From assembly GCA_965198945.1 (NCBI GenBank), contig CBDAQI010000001.1:160001-224000 (forward strand): DNA of 64,000 bases. The letters are read 5' to 3'. A program made the translations under genes and the position numbers. Below the pieces are notes generated by a model. It saw nothing but the letters and a program-made list of their open reading frames with translations, made no database searches and had not been told where the DNA came from. The DNA is from Thermodesulfobacteriota bacterium. Its GTDB lineage: Bacteria; Desulfobacterota_D; UBA1144; Nemesobacterales; Mycalebacteriaceae. Shown piece by piece: positions 1 through 9,628 of this stretch. The stretch's first letter is position 1. Each line of letters starts with the position of its first letter.

Positions 1-2
1 AC

Positions 3-1193
3 AAAAGTCACAGCACCGCATATGCGCTCGTCACATACCAGACCGCCTACCTTAAGGCGCACCATCCGGCGGAGTTTATGTCTGCCCTTATGACCATTGA
101 TGCGGGCGATAATGACAAAGCGATAGCGCATATGACGGAATGCAGAAAAATAGGAATAAGGGTTCTTCCCCCTGATGTGAACGAGAGCATGTCTGAGTTC
201 ACCCCGGTTGATTCGGAAACCGTCAGGTTCGGTTTGTCCGCTCTGAAAGGGTTGGGCGCAGAAATGGTGGGAGCGATAATAGACGCGCGGCGGGACGGTC
301 CTTTTGAGGATTTGTTTGATTTCTGTGCGCGGGTTCAGTCTAAGCGACTCACAAAAAAGGCTTTTGAGATGCTGATAAAGAGCGGTTCTCTGGACTCTCT
401 TGAAAACAACAGGGCGAAACTTTTTGAATCCATTGACAAACTCTGTTCCTATCATTCGCTTAATCAGTCTTCCGGGAATGGGGGACAGGGCTCTCTTTTT
501 TCCTTGTCTGAAACTGTTATTACAAGTCCGGTTCTTACGGAAACAGAGACATGGAGCGAAGAAAAATCCGCCCAATACGAGCTTGAATCGCTCGGGCTTT
601 TTGTTTCAAGCCACCCGATGATAAGGTATTCGGAGCAGTTGGAGATATTCGCCTCCCATGCGGACACGTCAAAGTTTCATGACCTTCCGGATAAAAAAGA
701 GGTTTCTATTGCCGGAATTGTGCGCTCGGTTTCAATCAAGACAACAAAATCCGGCTCCGGTCTGTTCGGCAGAATTGTGCTTGAAGACCTCAACGGTTCG
801 GTTGAGGGGGTGGTTTTCAACGACACCATAAGCAAAAGCCGCCATTTGCTGGAACAGAAAATAGAACCGGTGATATTGACCGGAAACGTTGACGGTGATG
901 ACAAAAAACAGATCAGAGTCAGGGAGGTTGTTTCCGTTTCCGAATTCATGGCAAGAGCGTCCAATGTTACCATCTCCATCAACGAAGAAGCCGCAAGAGA
1001 GGAGAATCTCGTAAAGCTTGAGGCTATTTTGAGTCAACACAGAGGTGAGTCAAAAGTCAGATTAGGCATCGGAGTTGAAGGCAAAATGGTTTTCATAGAG
1101 GTTGGCAAATACGAGGTTGAAACATCACCCGACTTTGTAAAAAAAGTTGAGAATCTTCTGGGAGGCAAATCCCTCTCGCTTGAAGTTCAGTAG
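3..1193 (+). CDS. dnaE: DNA polymerase III alpha subunit, C-terminal part (gene starts before the window)
   Basis: Frame is open from position 3: KSHSTAYALVTYQTAYLKAHHPAEF, then PPDVNES, RFGLSALKGLG, ELESLGLFVSSHP and an OB fold (LEDLNGSVEGVVF). Confidence 0.95.
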   Translation, partial: KSHSTAYALVTYQTAYLKAHHPAEFMSALMTIDAGDNDKAIAHMTECRKIGIRVLPPDVNESMSEFTPVDSETVRFGLSALKGLGAEMVGAIIDARRDGPFEDLFDFCARVQSKRLTKKAFEMLIKSGSLDSLENNRAKLFESIDKLCSYHSLNQSSGNGGQGSLFSLSETVITSPVLTETETWSEEKSAQYELESLGLFVSSHPMIRYSEQLEIFASHADTSKFHDLPDKKEVSIAGIVRSVSIKTTKSGSGLFGRIVLEDLNGSVEGVVFNDTISKSRHLLEQKIEPVILTGNVDGDDKKQIRVREVVSVSEFMARASNVTISINEEAAREENLVKLEAILSQHRGESKVRLGIGVEGKMVFIEVGKYEVETSPDFVKKVENLLGGKSLSLEVQ

Positions 1194-3572
1194 TCGCGCG
1201 GAGTTTTCCGCCCTTTTTTAGCAAAAAGGATTTGATTTTGGTTATTTTCTCTCCGTCAGTGAAAACCGAAACCACCCCTTCCGTTTGCGTTTCGCGGATT
1301 TCCACACCCGGTTTTTCTGCTTCAATCTCCTCGCGGCATTTACCACATACAATCAAACCGGGACGCGCTGATTTCACTATGTCAAGGAGCACATTTTTGT
1401 TCTTTGAATTTATTTCCGGCAGAAACACAACATCGCTTCTGATTTCATCTCCATACATTTTTTCCACACTTCCGCTGTGAATATTGTAGATTGATTCCAT
1501 AATAAGAAACGCTTTGTCTCCGCATATAACTTTCACCATGACCGGATACGGAAACCGTGAGTCCGCAACACCCAGTTTTTCTTTTAACTGCAGGAACTTA
1601 ATACGCACCTCGCCATCTTCAGCCACTGTCTGAACGGGTTCGGAATTGTATATTTTTTTCCACTTTACTCCGTGTTTATCCACAGTTTTCCACAACTCAT
1701 TGTTAAGTTTTGGACTGTTTATTCACAGGTTTTCCACACCGTTTTTTTCTATCAACCCCACCGCGCCGTTCAGTTGACTCCGGTCATTTGAGAGCAAAAC
1801 AAGTATGTCAGTTTTTGTGATGCGCTTTTTTAGCAGCGCCGGAGAAACAACCGCCCGGTCTATAAAGCCTGACCGCGCTTTTCTTGAAAATCCCCCTTTG
1901 ATGAGAACGGTTTTTCCGTCCCGGAAAGTAAAAAGCGCTATATTCTTCCTTCCGGCGTCAAAAAATGAAGCTTCAATTTCTTTTCCTCCGGGCGAACGAA
2001 GGTCGTATCCCGCGCTTGCCGTAAGGCATATTCCGAGAACCAAAGCGGCAACAAGGTTTTTTCTCCCGCCCCTTACCAGAAGACAAGATGCGGCAAACAG
2101 GTAGAAAAGCACGAAAGTTCTTGTTTCAAACGCGGGAACGTTTGGCGCGGGCGTGACGGAGGAAAACGTTTCAGCCGTTTGCATAAGCAATGAGGCCAGC
2201 AGGGAAAGTGTGTCCAGAATAAAGCCCGGTACGAATCCTGTGACTGCGAAAACTGAAAGTGAGACAATGCACAGCGGGACCATGGCAAGGGCCACCGGCA
2301 TTGCGATGATGTTTGCCGGAAAAGTCATAACCGGCAGAACCCCGAACATATTTATTACAAAAGGAAGTGTTGCGATTGTTGCGGCGCCGGTTGTGAACAA
2401 AATTGCGGATGCGGCGTCCGCAGTTTTTCGCCCAAGTGTTTTTCTCTCCGGTTCAGGAATTTTTTCTTTCTTTGCTCCGAAACGGTTTAGGGCGAGAAGG
2501 ATTCCGAGCACGGCCGAAAAGGACAGTATAAATGAAGCCTCAAAAAGCGCTCCCGGAGACGGAAGAAGAATAAGTATGGCGGCCGCGGCAAGGGCGTTGA
2601 GTCTGTCATCATGTCTTCCGGAAACCAGAGCCGTCAGATACACCGCAGCCATAATTGCCGCACGCACCGATGAGTTGCCGAAACCTGCCAGCAATGAGTA
2701 AAGAAAAACCGCAGGTATTGTCGCAAGCGCGGCGATTTTAGGCACGATGAACGAGACTGTCAGATATTCGGACCTTTTCAGAAGCCACTTTACAGACATA
2801 TAGAAAAACAAAGCCGCAACTCCGAAATTGCGAACAGGTGGCCTATTCCGACCGCGCTGAATTTTCTTTTCAAGTGCTCAGGGACGGCGCCCTTCTCGCC
2901 TATTGAAAGAGAGTTCAATATCTCCGCCTGCGCCTGCGGAAGATTTTTTCTTATAAAAACTGCGTAATTTCTGCGCAGCCCGTTTGCAAGACGCAATATC
3001 GGATTTGCGCTTTCATGTGTTTTTCCGGTTTTAATTTTTGCACTGTCAGAGTAGGCGGTAAAGAAAACGCCTTTGGAAGCGAGCCGCTCCGCATAGCCCG
3101 TGTTCCCGGGATTTTTGAAATCTTCCGCCCGGCGAATCCGCAGCGGCGCCCGCACTGAGTCGCCGTAGGCAAGGTTGTCCAGTCCGTTTGAGTAGACAAT
3201 TATCTTCCCGTCCGCACGGAGGTCTTCGCCCGAATGCGAAACTGTTTCAACTTTGAGCGGAATTTTGACACTGCCGGGCCTTTTCTGCGCGTTTTCATAA
3301 AGCCAGCCGGTTACAACAGCCCGCCGACCCTCATTTGCAACAAGTGCGGGGTCGGGAGCTTCGTAATCAAAAAATGGAAGAATAAGACCAAGCGGGAAAA
3401 AAATCAGAAAACCGGTTTTGCGCAACCTCACCACCGTCATCAGGAAAGGCAGTGAAGCTGCCGCGGCATAGTAGGCCGACGGCATCTGCTGAGCGGCGGT
3501 TATTCCCAAAATCAGCAAAACCGCGCACACAACAATTTTGTGTTTTGAAAACAGCGCCTGAGCTTCGGACAT
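1093..3572 (-). pseudogene. comEC: ComEC/Rec2 competence channel, disrupted into three ORFs (2790-3572, 1723-2811, 1093-1695)
   Basis: DUF4131-like N-terminus (FKNPG), GIGHLFAIS, SSVRAAIM, ASFILSFSAV, ANIIAMP and an MBL-like tail. Frameshift at ~2820 removes the GLH of the HxxAISGLH motif; in-frame TGA at 1723-1725. Confidence 0.85.
1676..1738 (+). promoter_or_regulatory. Cluster of four same-orientation DnaA boxes
   Basis: TTATCCACA 1676-1684, TTTTCCACA 1686-1694, TTATTCACA 1719-1727 and TTTTCCACA 1730-1738, all matching TTWTNCACA. Confidence 0.5.
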
Positions 3573-4057
3573 CAGTCCTTTTCTTCAATCAGGCAGACGG
3601 CCTTGGCCGCTATTCCCTCTTCCCTGCCCGTGAACCCCATTTTTTCAGTGGTTGTGGCTTTGATATTAACCGCGTCTTTTCCGGTTCCCAGACTCTCCGC
3701 TATTTTTTCTTCCATTTCTCCCGTATATGCCGAGAGAAGGGGTTTTTCGCAGATGATAACGCAGTCCGCATTTGCCGTTTGAAATCCGGTCCGTGAAAGT
3801 TTTTCGCGCGTCCGTTCAATCAAAAACGCTCCGCTCACACCTTTGTATGCGGGGTCTGAATCCGGGAAATGTTTTCCGATGTCTCCCAGACCCGCCGCGC
3901 CGAGAAGCGAGTCGCATATTGCGTGAGCCAGAACATCCGCGTCCGAATGCCCTTCAAGCCCTTTGTCAAAAGGAATTTCCACACAGCCGAGAAACAGTTT
4001 GCGGTTTTCCGCAAATCTGTGAGCGTCAAACCCGATTCCGACTCTCACGCGCTTCAT
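3572..4057 (-). CDS. ispF: 2-C-methyl-D-erythritol 2,4-cyclodiphosphate synthase
   Basis: GIGFDAHRF, GHSDADVLAHAICDSLLGA, DIGKHFPD, KATTTEKMGFTGREEGIAA. Confidence 0.97.
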   Translation of the reverse strand: MKRVRVGIGFDAHRFAENRKLFLGCVEIPFDKGLEGHSDADVLAHAICDSLLGAAGLGDIGKHFPDSDPAYKGVSGAFLIERTREKLSRTGFQTANADCVIICEKPLLSAYTGEMEEKIAESLGTGKDAVNIKATTTEKMGFTGREEGIAAKAVCLIEEKD

Positions 4058-4806
4058 GCCGCGCCGTCCGCCTCAGTAAAAATACCTTTTTTTATGTTTT
4101 GCCCCATAGCTTCGGCGATAATAAAATCCTCTCCGGTGGTAATTTTCATATTTTGTCTTTTTCCGCCTTTTATTACCACTTCGTGTCCGCTTCCTTCAAA
4201 AAGAGAAGTTTCATCCGTTATTTCCGAAGGGTCTCCGGAAAAGTTTTCATAGATTTCTCCGAGCAGTTTTTTCCGGAACGCCTGAGGAGTTTGAACTCGC
4301 CACACTTCTGAGCGCGGGATGTTTTTCAGCAGGATTCTGCCGTCCGCACGTTTTCGGGACGGCGCAAGGGTTTTCTTTATGGTGTCATCAAGGGGAATTG
4401 CCGTCGTCGCCGCTCCGAAACCTAGCGCTGCGGAAATAACTGCGGAGATGGACTCCTCGCTGACAAAAGGTCTCGCCGCATCGTGGAAAACAATCACTTC
4501 GCAATCATCTCCGGTCTGCTCAAATCCCAGACGCGCCGACTCAAAGCGTGTTTTTCCTCCGGCGATGATTCTTGCTTTTCCGATTCCGAACTTTTCCATG
4601 ATTTCCCCGACCCGTTCAATATGGTTTGCGGGGGCGGCTATTATAATCTCCCTTATAGCCGCGCATTTCTGAAAAGTTTCCAGACTGTGGGCAATAAGCG
4701 GCTTTCCGCAAAGTTTGAGAAACTGTTTCGGAAGCCCGCCGATGCGTTCCCCGCGTCCCGCGGCAAGAATGACCGCTGATGAGGAGTTTTTTGTGTTTTC
4801 GCTCAT
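4054..4806 (-). CDS. ispD: 2-C-methyl-D-erythritol 4-phosphate cytidylyltransferase
   Basis: ILAAGRGER, PKQFL, HDAARPF, VQTPQAF, TDE, NMKITT; overlaps ispF by 4 nt. Confidence 0.96.
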   Translation of the reverse strand: MSENTKNSSSAVILAAGRGERIGGLPKQFLKLCGKPLIAHSLETFQKCAAIREIIIAAPANHIERVGEIMEKFGIGKARIIAGGKTRFESARLGFEQTGDDCEVIVFHDAARPFVSEESISAVISAALGFGAATTAIPLDDTIKKTLAPSRKRADGRILLKNIPRSEVWRVQTPQAFRKKLLGEIYENFSGDPSEITDETSLFEGSGHEVVIKGGKRQNMKITTGEDFIIAEAMGQNIKKGIFTEADGAA

Positions 4807-4908
4807 TGGGAAATGCTATATTCCGACGCCTTTTGAGGCAAGCGGCAAAATTTCTTGAAATAACCGCCTCAAATACTCATAATATGCCCGTTCACGGGAG
4901 CTTTTTAT

Positions 4909-5649
4909 TTGAAGGTCCAAACCCTTGCCAGCGGAAGTTCGGGAAACTGCACTTTTATAGACAGCGGCGCCTCAAAAATTCTTGTTGACGCCGGTATAAG
5001 CACAAGAAGGCTTTCCAGAAAACTGGAATCAATAGGCGTGCGAATGAGTGAAATAGACGCGGTAATAATCAGCCACGAGCATTCCGACCACACAAAAGCC
5101 ATAAAAGACATAGCCGTTCCGGTCTATGTTTCATCAAAAACCGCCCATCTCTGGAGAAGTGATGTTGGAATTCTCCGCGAGTTCCGCACCGGAGAGCCTT
5201 TCAAAGTGGGAGATGTTCTCATAACCCCGTTTCCCGTTCCGCATGACGCGCTTGACCCGGTCGGGTTCACGGTTGAGTCGGCGGGCAGGAAAGTCGGAAT
5301 TGCCACCGACATAGGGTCTGTAACCGGTATCGTTTCGCAAAGATTGAAAGTTTGTGACATGCTCATAATAGAATCCAATCACGACGAGGGGAGGCTGCTC
5401 GCCGGGAAATATCCCTGGGAACTCAAACAAAGAGTGGGCGGCCCGCTGGGGCATCTTTCAAACCGCCAGTGTTCTAAACTTCTTGAGAGTGTGGCGCACG
5501 GCAAACTGCGGGTCGTTTTACTGGCTCATTTGAGCGAATCAAATAATCTGCCCAGTCTCGCCCTTGAAGCCGCTCACAGTGTTTTAAGGGGTTTTTCAGC
5601 CTCACTGCACATTGCTTCAAAAGACTCCGGGGAGGTGTTTGTGATTTGA
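4909..5649 (+). CDS. MBL-fold metallo-hydrolase (YycJ/WalJ-like)
   Basis: LASGSSGN, SHEHSDH, PHDA, IESNHD, GHLSN, LAHLSESNN. Confidence 0.9.
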   Translation: MKVQTLASGSSGNCTFIDSGASKILVDAGISTRRLSRKLESIGVRMSEIDAVIISHEHSDHTKAIKDIAVPVYVSSKTAHLWRSDVGILREFRTGEPFKVGDVLITPFPVPHDALDPVGFTVESAGRKVGIATDIGSVTGIVSQRLKVCDMLIIESNHDEGRLLAGKYPWELKQRVGGPLGHLSNRQCSKLLESVAHGKLRVVLLAHLSESNNLPSLALEAAHSVLRGFSASLHIASKDSGEVFVI

Positions 5650-6938
5650 TTTCACGATACAGCCGCGCGGAAATGACGGATATTTGGAGTGACAAAGCGA
5701 GGTATTCAAAATGGCTTGAAGTTGAGCTCGCAGTCTGCAGGGCATGGGCTAAAAACGGGAAGATACCGAAAAAAGCGCTCGCTGAAATTGAGAAAAAAGC
5801 CGCTTTTGACCCCGAGAGGATCGCGGTGCTTGAAAAAGAACTCAAACACGACGTCCTTGCGTTTCTGACTTCAGTTTCTGAGAAAGTGGGTGAAAACTCA
5901 AGATATATACATATGGGCATAACATCTTCCGATGTTCTGGATACCGCGTTTGCCCTTCAGCTCGGCCATGCGGCGAAAATCATACTTAAAGACATGAAAG
6001 ATGTGATGAAAGTTCTTAAAAAAAATGCGCTCCGGCACAAGCAAACCCCAATGGTCGGAAGGTCTCACGGAGTGCACGCCGAGCCCAAAACTCTCGGACT
6101 TGTTTTTGCCCTGTGGTATGACGAAATGGCGAGAAACCTTTCAAGGATGACCCGGGCCGCCGAACAGGTGAGGGTGGGCATGATGTCCGGACCGGTCGGC
6201 ACATACTCAAGCGTTCCGCCCGAAGTTGAGAAGAGTGCCTGCAAAACGCTGGGGCTTAAACCCGCCGCCATATCCACCCAGATAATCCACCGCGATATAC
6301 ACGCGGAATATTTTCTGTGTCTGTCTCTTGTCTCCGCCGCGATTGAGAGAGTTGCCACCGAGATAAGGCATTTTCAGAGAACTGAGGTTCTTGAAATGGA
6401 AGAGCCGTTCGGAAGCGGTCAGAAGGGGTCTTCCGCTATGCCTCACAAGAAGAATCCGGTTTTGTCGGAAAATCTGTGCGGCCTTGCCAGAGTTGTCCGT
6501 TCCAATTCGTCTGCCGCACTTGAGAACATAACCCTCTGGCACGAGAGAGACATAAGCCACTCGTCCGTTGAAAGAATTATTGCACCGGACTGCACGATCC
6601 TCACCGATTTTATGCTTGTGCGTCTGAAGCTGATACTTGAGGGGCTTGTGGTGCACAAAGACCGGCTTGCTGAGAACATGGATTTGACAAAAGGTCTTAT
6701 TTTTTCTCACAAAGTTCTGCTGAAGATTATTGACAAAGGTGTTTCTCGTGAGCAAGCCTATTCAATAGTGCAAAGAAACGCGATGAAATGCTGGGAGAAA
6801 AAAAGCGGTTTTTCAGAAGCCCTCAAGACCGATGAAGAACTTGCGGACATTCTTTCGGAAGGTGATATTGATGACTGCTTTGATGTTTCAGGAGATTTTC
6901 AACATGTTGAAACGATTTTCAAGAGAGTTTTCGGCTGA
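5646..6938 (+). CDS. purB: Adenylosuccinate lyase
   Basis: MISRYS, KHDV, GRSHGVHAEP, GSSAMPHKKNP, LWHERDISHSSVER. Confidence 0.97.
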   Translation: MISRYSRAEMTDIWSDKARYSKWLEVELAVCRAWAKNGKIPKKALAEIEKKAAFDPERIAVLEKELKHDVLAFLTSVSEKVGENSRYIHMGITSSDVLDTAFALQLGHAAKIILKDMKDVMKVLKKNALRHKQTPMVGRSHGVHAEPKTLGLVFALWYDEMARNLSRMTRAAEQVRVGMMSGPVGTYSSVPPEVEKSACKTLGLKPAAISTQIIHRDIHAEYFLCLSLVSAAIERVATEIRHFQRTEVLEMEEPFGSGQKGSSAMPHKKNPVLSENLCGLARVVRSNSSAALENITLWHERDISHSSVERIIAPDCTILTDFMLVRLKLILEGLVVHKDRLAENMDLTKGLIFSHKVLLKIIDKGVSREQAYSIVQRNAMKCWEKKSGFSEALKTDEELADILSEGDIDDCFDVSGDFQHVETIFKRVFG

Positions 6939-7945
6939 ACGGTTCCGCGCAGTTTTTGCGGTTTGTCTCTGTGTTTTTCTGCTCGCCTGCGGGGGTGGGG
7001 ATGAGCGGGGCAGCGCTTCTACCGGAATTGAGGAAAAGACTCAAAAAGCCGCCACATATTTTGCGGATAATTTTTCGCTCTTTATCCCCGACGGATACAC
7101 GGTTGAAGCGGTGAACAACGGTAAAAAGGGGGAATTTATAAGCGGCACATTTACAGTCCTCTCCCCGCAGGGTGAAAAGGCTGATATTCCGCCCATTCCT
7201 TTTCTTCTCACTTTGGACGGCAGGCACCTTCTTCTCGGAGCGGAGGGGCCGCTTGATGAGGGCGATTATGAACAATCGGAGATAAATGGCTTCAAAACCG
7301 TGCCCGATTCTTTCAGGAGAGCTCCGGTTGTTCTGATTGATGCGGACGGACGGACGGTGGCGGCGAGCAGAATAATGGATGTCTCCGTTGATTACGCGGA
7401 AAGGAACATGCGGCGGATTTCTCTCAAACATGCGCCCGTTCTCGGAGATCCGGACGCGGATGTCGTGGTTGTTGAGTTTTCAGATTTTCAGTGCCCCTAC
7501 TGCGGTGAGGCTGTGGAGATGCTAAGCGGGGTTCTCTCTGAATTTGAGGGACGTGTGAAACTCGTTTACAAACAGTTTCCGCTCAGTTTTCATGACTGGG
7601 CGTATAGCGCTTCCGAGGCGTCTTACTGCTTCCGCAAACATGGGGGTGATGAGGCGTTCTGGCGTTTTCACGACGAGGTTTTCTCAACTCAGCGGACTAT
7701 AACAAAAGACAATCACAGAGAGCGTTTTGCCGCAATTGCCGAAGGCGCGGGACTTGACCCGCAGGAAATTCTTCTCTGCATGGACTCGGGGGAAATGAAA
7801 AAACTTGTTGACAGGGATATAAGTGAGGCGCGCGAATTGAGAGTTGATGGAACCTCCGGGATTTTTTGTTGACGGAGCAAAGGTTCCGAACGACCCTGAT
7901 CTTTTGAAAAAAGCCATCAATCTCCGCCTTTCCCGCAAAAACTGA
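6904..7945 (+). CDS. DsbA/Com1-like thioredoxin-fold lipoprotein with an apparent 1-nt insertion near the 3' end
   Basis: Lipobox LLAC, EFSDFQCPYC, FPLSFH. Removing one C at ~7853 restores GTPGFFVDG and gives a stop at 7943-7945. Confidence 0.8.
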
Positions 7946-7954
7946 CCGCCGGCT

Positions 7955-9178
7955 ATGGATTTTGTAAAGTATGCGAGCCTGAAAATAAGAGAGAGTCTTC
8001 CCCGTATCCGTGAGTGGGAGGAGTCTCATTTGAAAAAAATTCTGCCCCCGTTCTATTGTTCGGCGGATATAAGGGTTTCATACCGGAAAGCCGCCGTGGT
8101 TGACACCAACATATTCCCCGGCCGGTTTTAACAACCTGTCCGCAGTTTTCCGTTCACGTCTGGGTTCTCTTCTAAAAGAAACCATATCAATTAAACATCC
8201 CGGAACTGAAAAACTGCTCATAGTTCCGGAAGTTCACACCCGCAACCCTCACTACTGGAAAATGTGAAGACTCTTGAGCAGGTGCTTTCTCATCAGGGTT
8301 TCGGTGTCAGGGTGGGTTTTGTTGACGAGAATATCAGGCGCGAATCCATTTCCGCAGTCGCGTCAGGCGGCGGGGATGTGAAAGTTTTCAATATCCGCAG
8401 AGAGGGTTCCGGAATTGCCGCAGGTGATTTTGTTCCGGATGCGGTTCTGCTTAACAACGATTTCTCCGACGATTGTCCTTCAATTCTCCGAGACATAACA
8501 CAACCGGTTTTGCCTCCGGTGGAAATCGGCTGGCATTCACGCAGAAAAGACGTCCATTTTCAGTTTTACAACTCTCTTGCGTGTGAAGCCGCATCGGTGT
8601 GCGGAATTGATCCCAATACAATTACAGTTGAGACCCGTCTGCTTGAGGGAGTTGACTTTGATGAGCCGGGCCAGCAGAGAGGATACGGCACGCACTGCTG
8701 ATGAAATGATTGAAAAAATCGCAAGGTGGGGGGGTGAAAACCCGTTTCTTTTTCTCAAAAGCAACAGCGGCACTTACGGGATGGCGGTAGTTTCGGTGAG
8801 GGACGGTGATCAGGTGAGAAATATGAATGCGGGAAACAGAAAAAAGATGCGGGCCGGAAAATCAAAAATTCCGTCCGCACAAGTGGTTATTCAAGAGGGA
8901 ATAGAGACCGCTCTGGAAACATCTGACGGCCTGCACCGCCGAGCCCGTTTTATACATGGTGGAAACTGAAGTGGCGGGGCGGCTTTCTACAGGGCCAATT
9001 CAAAAAAAAGCGGAAGACAGAATCTCAACTCCGCGGGCATGGAATTCCGGCAGTTTCCGGACGGAGTGAGTGTTTTTTCAGGAAATTCCCGAACTCCTGT
9101 CTCTGTGCGCGAAAATAGCCGTTATAGCAGCAGGGATATGAGATTGAGAAGGTTATGCTTGAGGGAGGGTGCGATTAG
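7955..9178 (+). pseudogene. gshA: Glutamate--cysteine ligase (GshA, ATP-grasp-like type) with multiple 1-nt indels, possibly sequencing errors
   Basis: Reconstructed PPFYCSADIR...VDTNIFPAGFNNL, VPEVHTRN, VLLNNDFS, GWHSRRK, KSNSGTYGMAV, VIQEGI, NLNSAGMEF. Confidence 0.85.
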
Positions 9179-9232
9179 AGGGGGTTGAATACGCTGAGTA
9201 ATACCATAAAACCATCCAAGAGTTACGGGATG

Positions 9233-9298
9233 TTAAAGGACAACTGCCAACAGCATGGCAAACATTAAAAAGACTGAATAATTTTTCCTAGTCAGCAC
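9233..9298 (-). CDS. Candidate 21-aa hydrophobic peptide MLTRKNYSVFLMFAMLLAVVL (type I toxin-like)
   Basis: GTG...TAA, purine-rich AAAGGGGTGAG just upstream, and a CATCC/GGATG hairpin plus T4 right after the stop. Too short to be certain. Confidence 0.3.
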   Translation of the reverse strand: MLTRKNYSVFLMFAMLLAVVL

Positions 9299-9302
9299 CT
9301 CA

Positions 9303-9445
9303 CCCCTTTATCTGGTGCCATAAGCCGGACCTTGCTACCAATTCAACTAGAGTTGAAGAAGCCTGACTATTTCCCTGTCATAAGACAGGGTGTTGTATTT
9401 GCCACAAACCCGACAAGCGGGACTCTGGTTGAGTTGGTAGAGGGG
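9303..9445 (+). ncRNA. Candidate structured RNA (nested multi-stem), family unrecognised
   Basis: 19-bp helix 9335-9353/9422-9440 with two G-U pairs; CCCCT 9303-9307 pairs with AGGGG 9441-9445; hairpins at 9311-9329, 9373-9390 and 9409-9421. Confidence 0.5.
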
Positions 9446-9516
9446 AAATGTCACAGAAGAGCTGTAAAATAATCAAGAGGATGTCTAACACGATATATAG
9501 TTACCAAGTTTTTGCC

Positions 9517-9545
9517 TTGACAAACCAATAAGACAATCCTAATAT
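9517..9545 (+). promoter_or_regulatory. Sigma70-type promoter of the NYN gene
   Basis: TTGACA (9517-9522), 17-bp spacer, TAATAT (9540-9545). Confidence 0.65.
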
Positions 9546-9566
9546 TTGTCTGTAAAGTATTATAAA

Positions 9567-9617
9567 GCCCTCACGCATGACTCCATTATTGATTCTTTGG
9601 AAAATCTGCCCGAGGGC
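9567..9617 (+). ncRNA. Structured leader or small RNA upstream of the NYN gene
   Basis: GCCCTC/GAGGGC closing stem, inner GCA/TGC and TCCA/TGGA pairs, followed by T-rich ATTTCTTTATT and an ATG without a Shine-Dalgarno. Confidence 0.4.
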
Positions 9618-9628
9618 ATTTCTTTATT

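Noticed and set aside
4885..4908. CCCG-TTCA-CGGG hairpin plus T-tract before the MBL hydrolase as an attenuator or riboswitch
   Set aside because: Only a 4-bp stem, with no room for an aptamer or leader peptide.
9205..9470. Identification as 6S RNA, SRP RNA, cobalamin riboswitch, hammerhead ribozyme or retron msr-msd
   Set aside because: I could not see their diagnostic motifs (CUGAnGA/GAAA core, GGAA-type SRP loop, B12 box), and there is no reverse transcriptase in the window.
9483..9620. Integron attC site (GTCTAAC inverse core)
   Set aside because: No matching GTTRRRY core at a suitable distance and no integron integrase.
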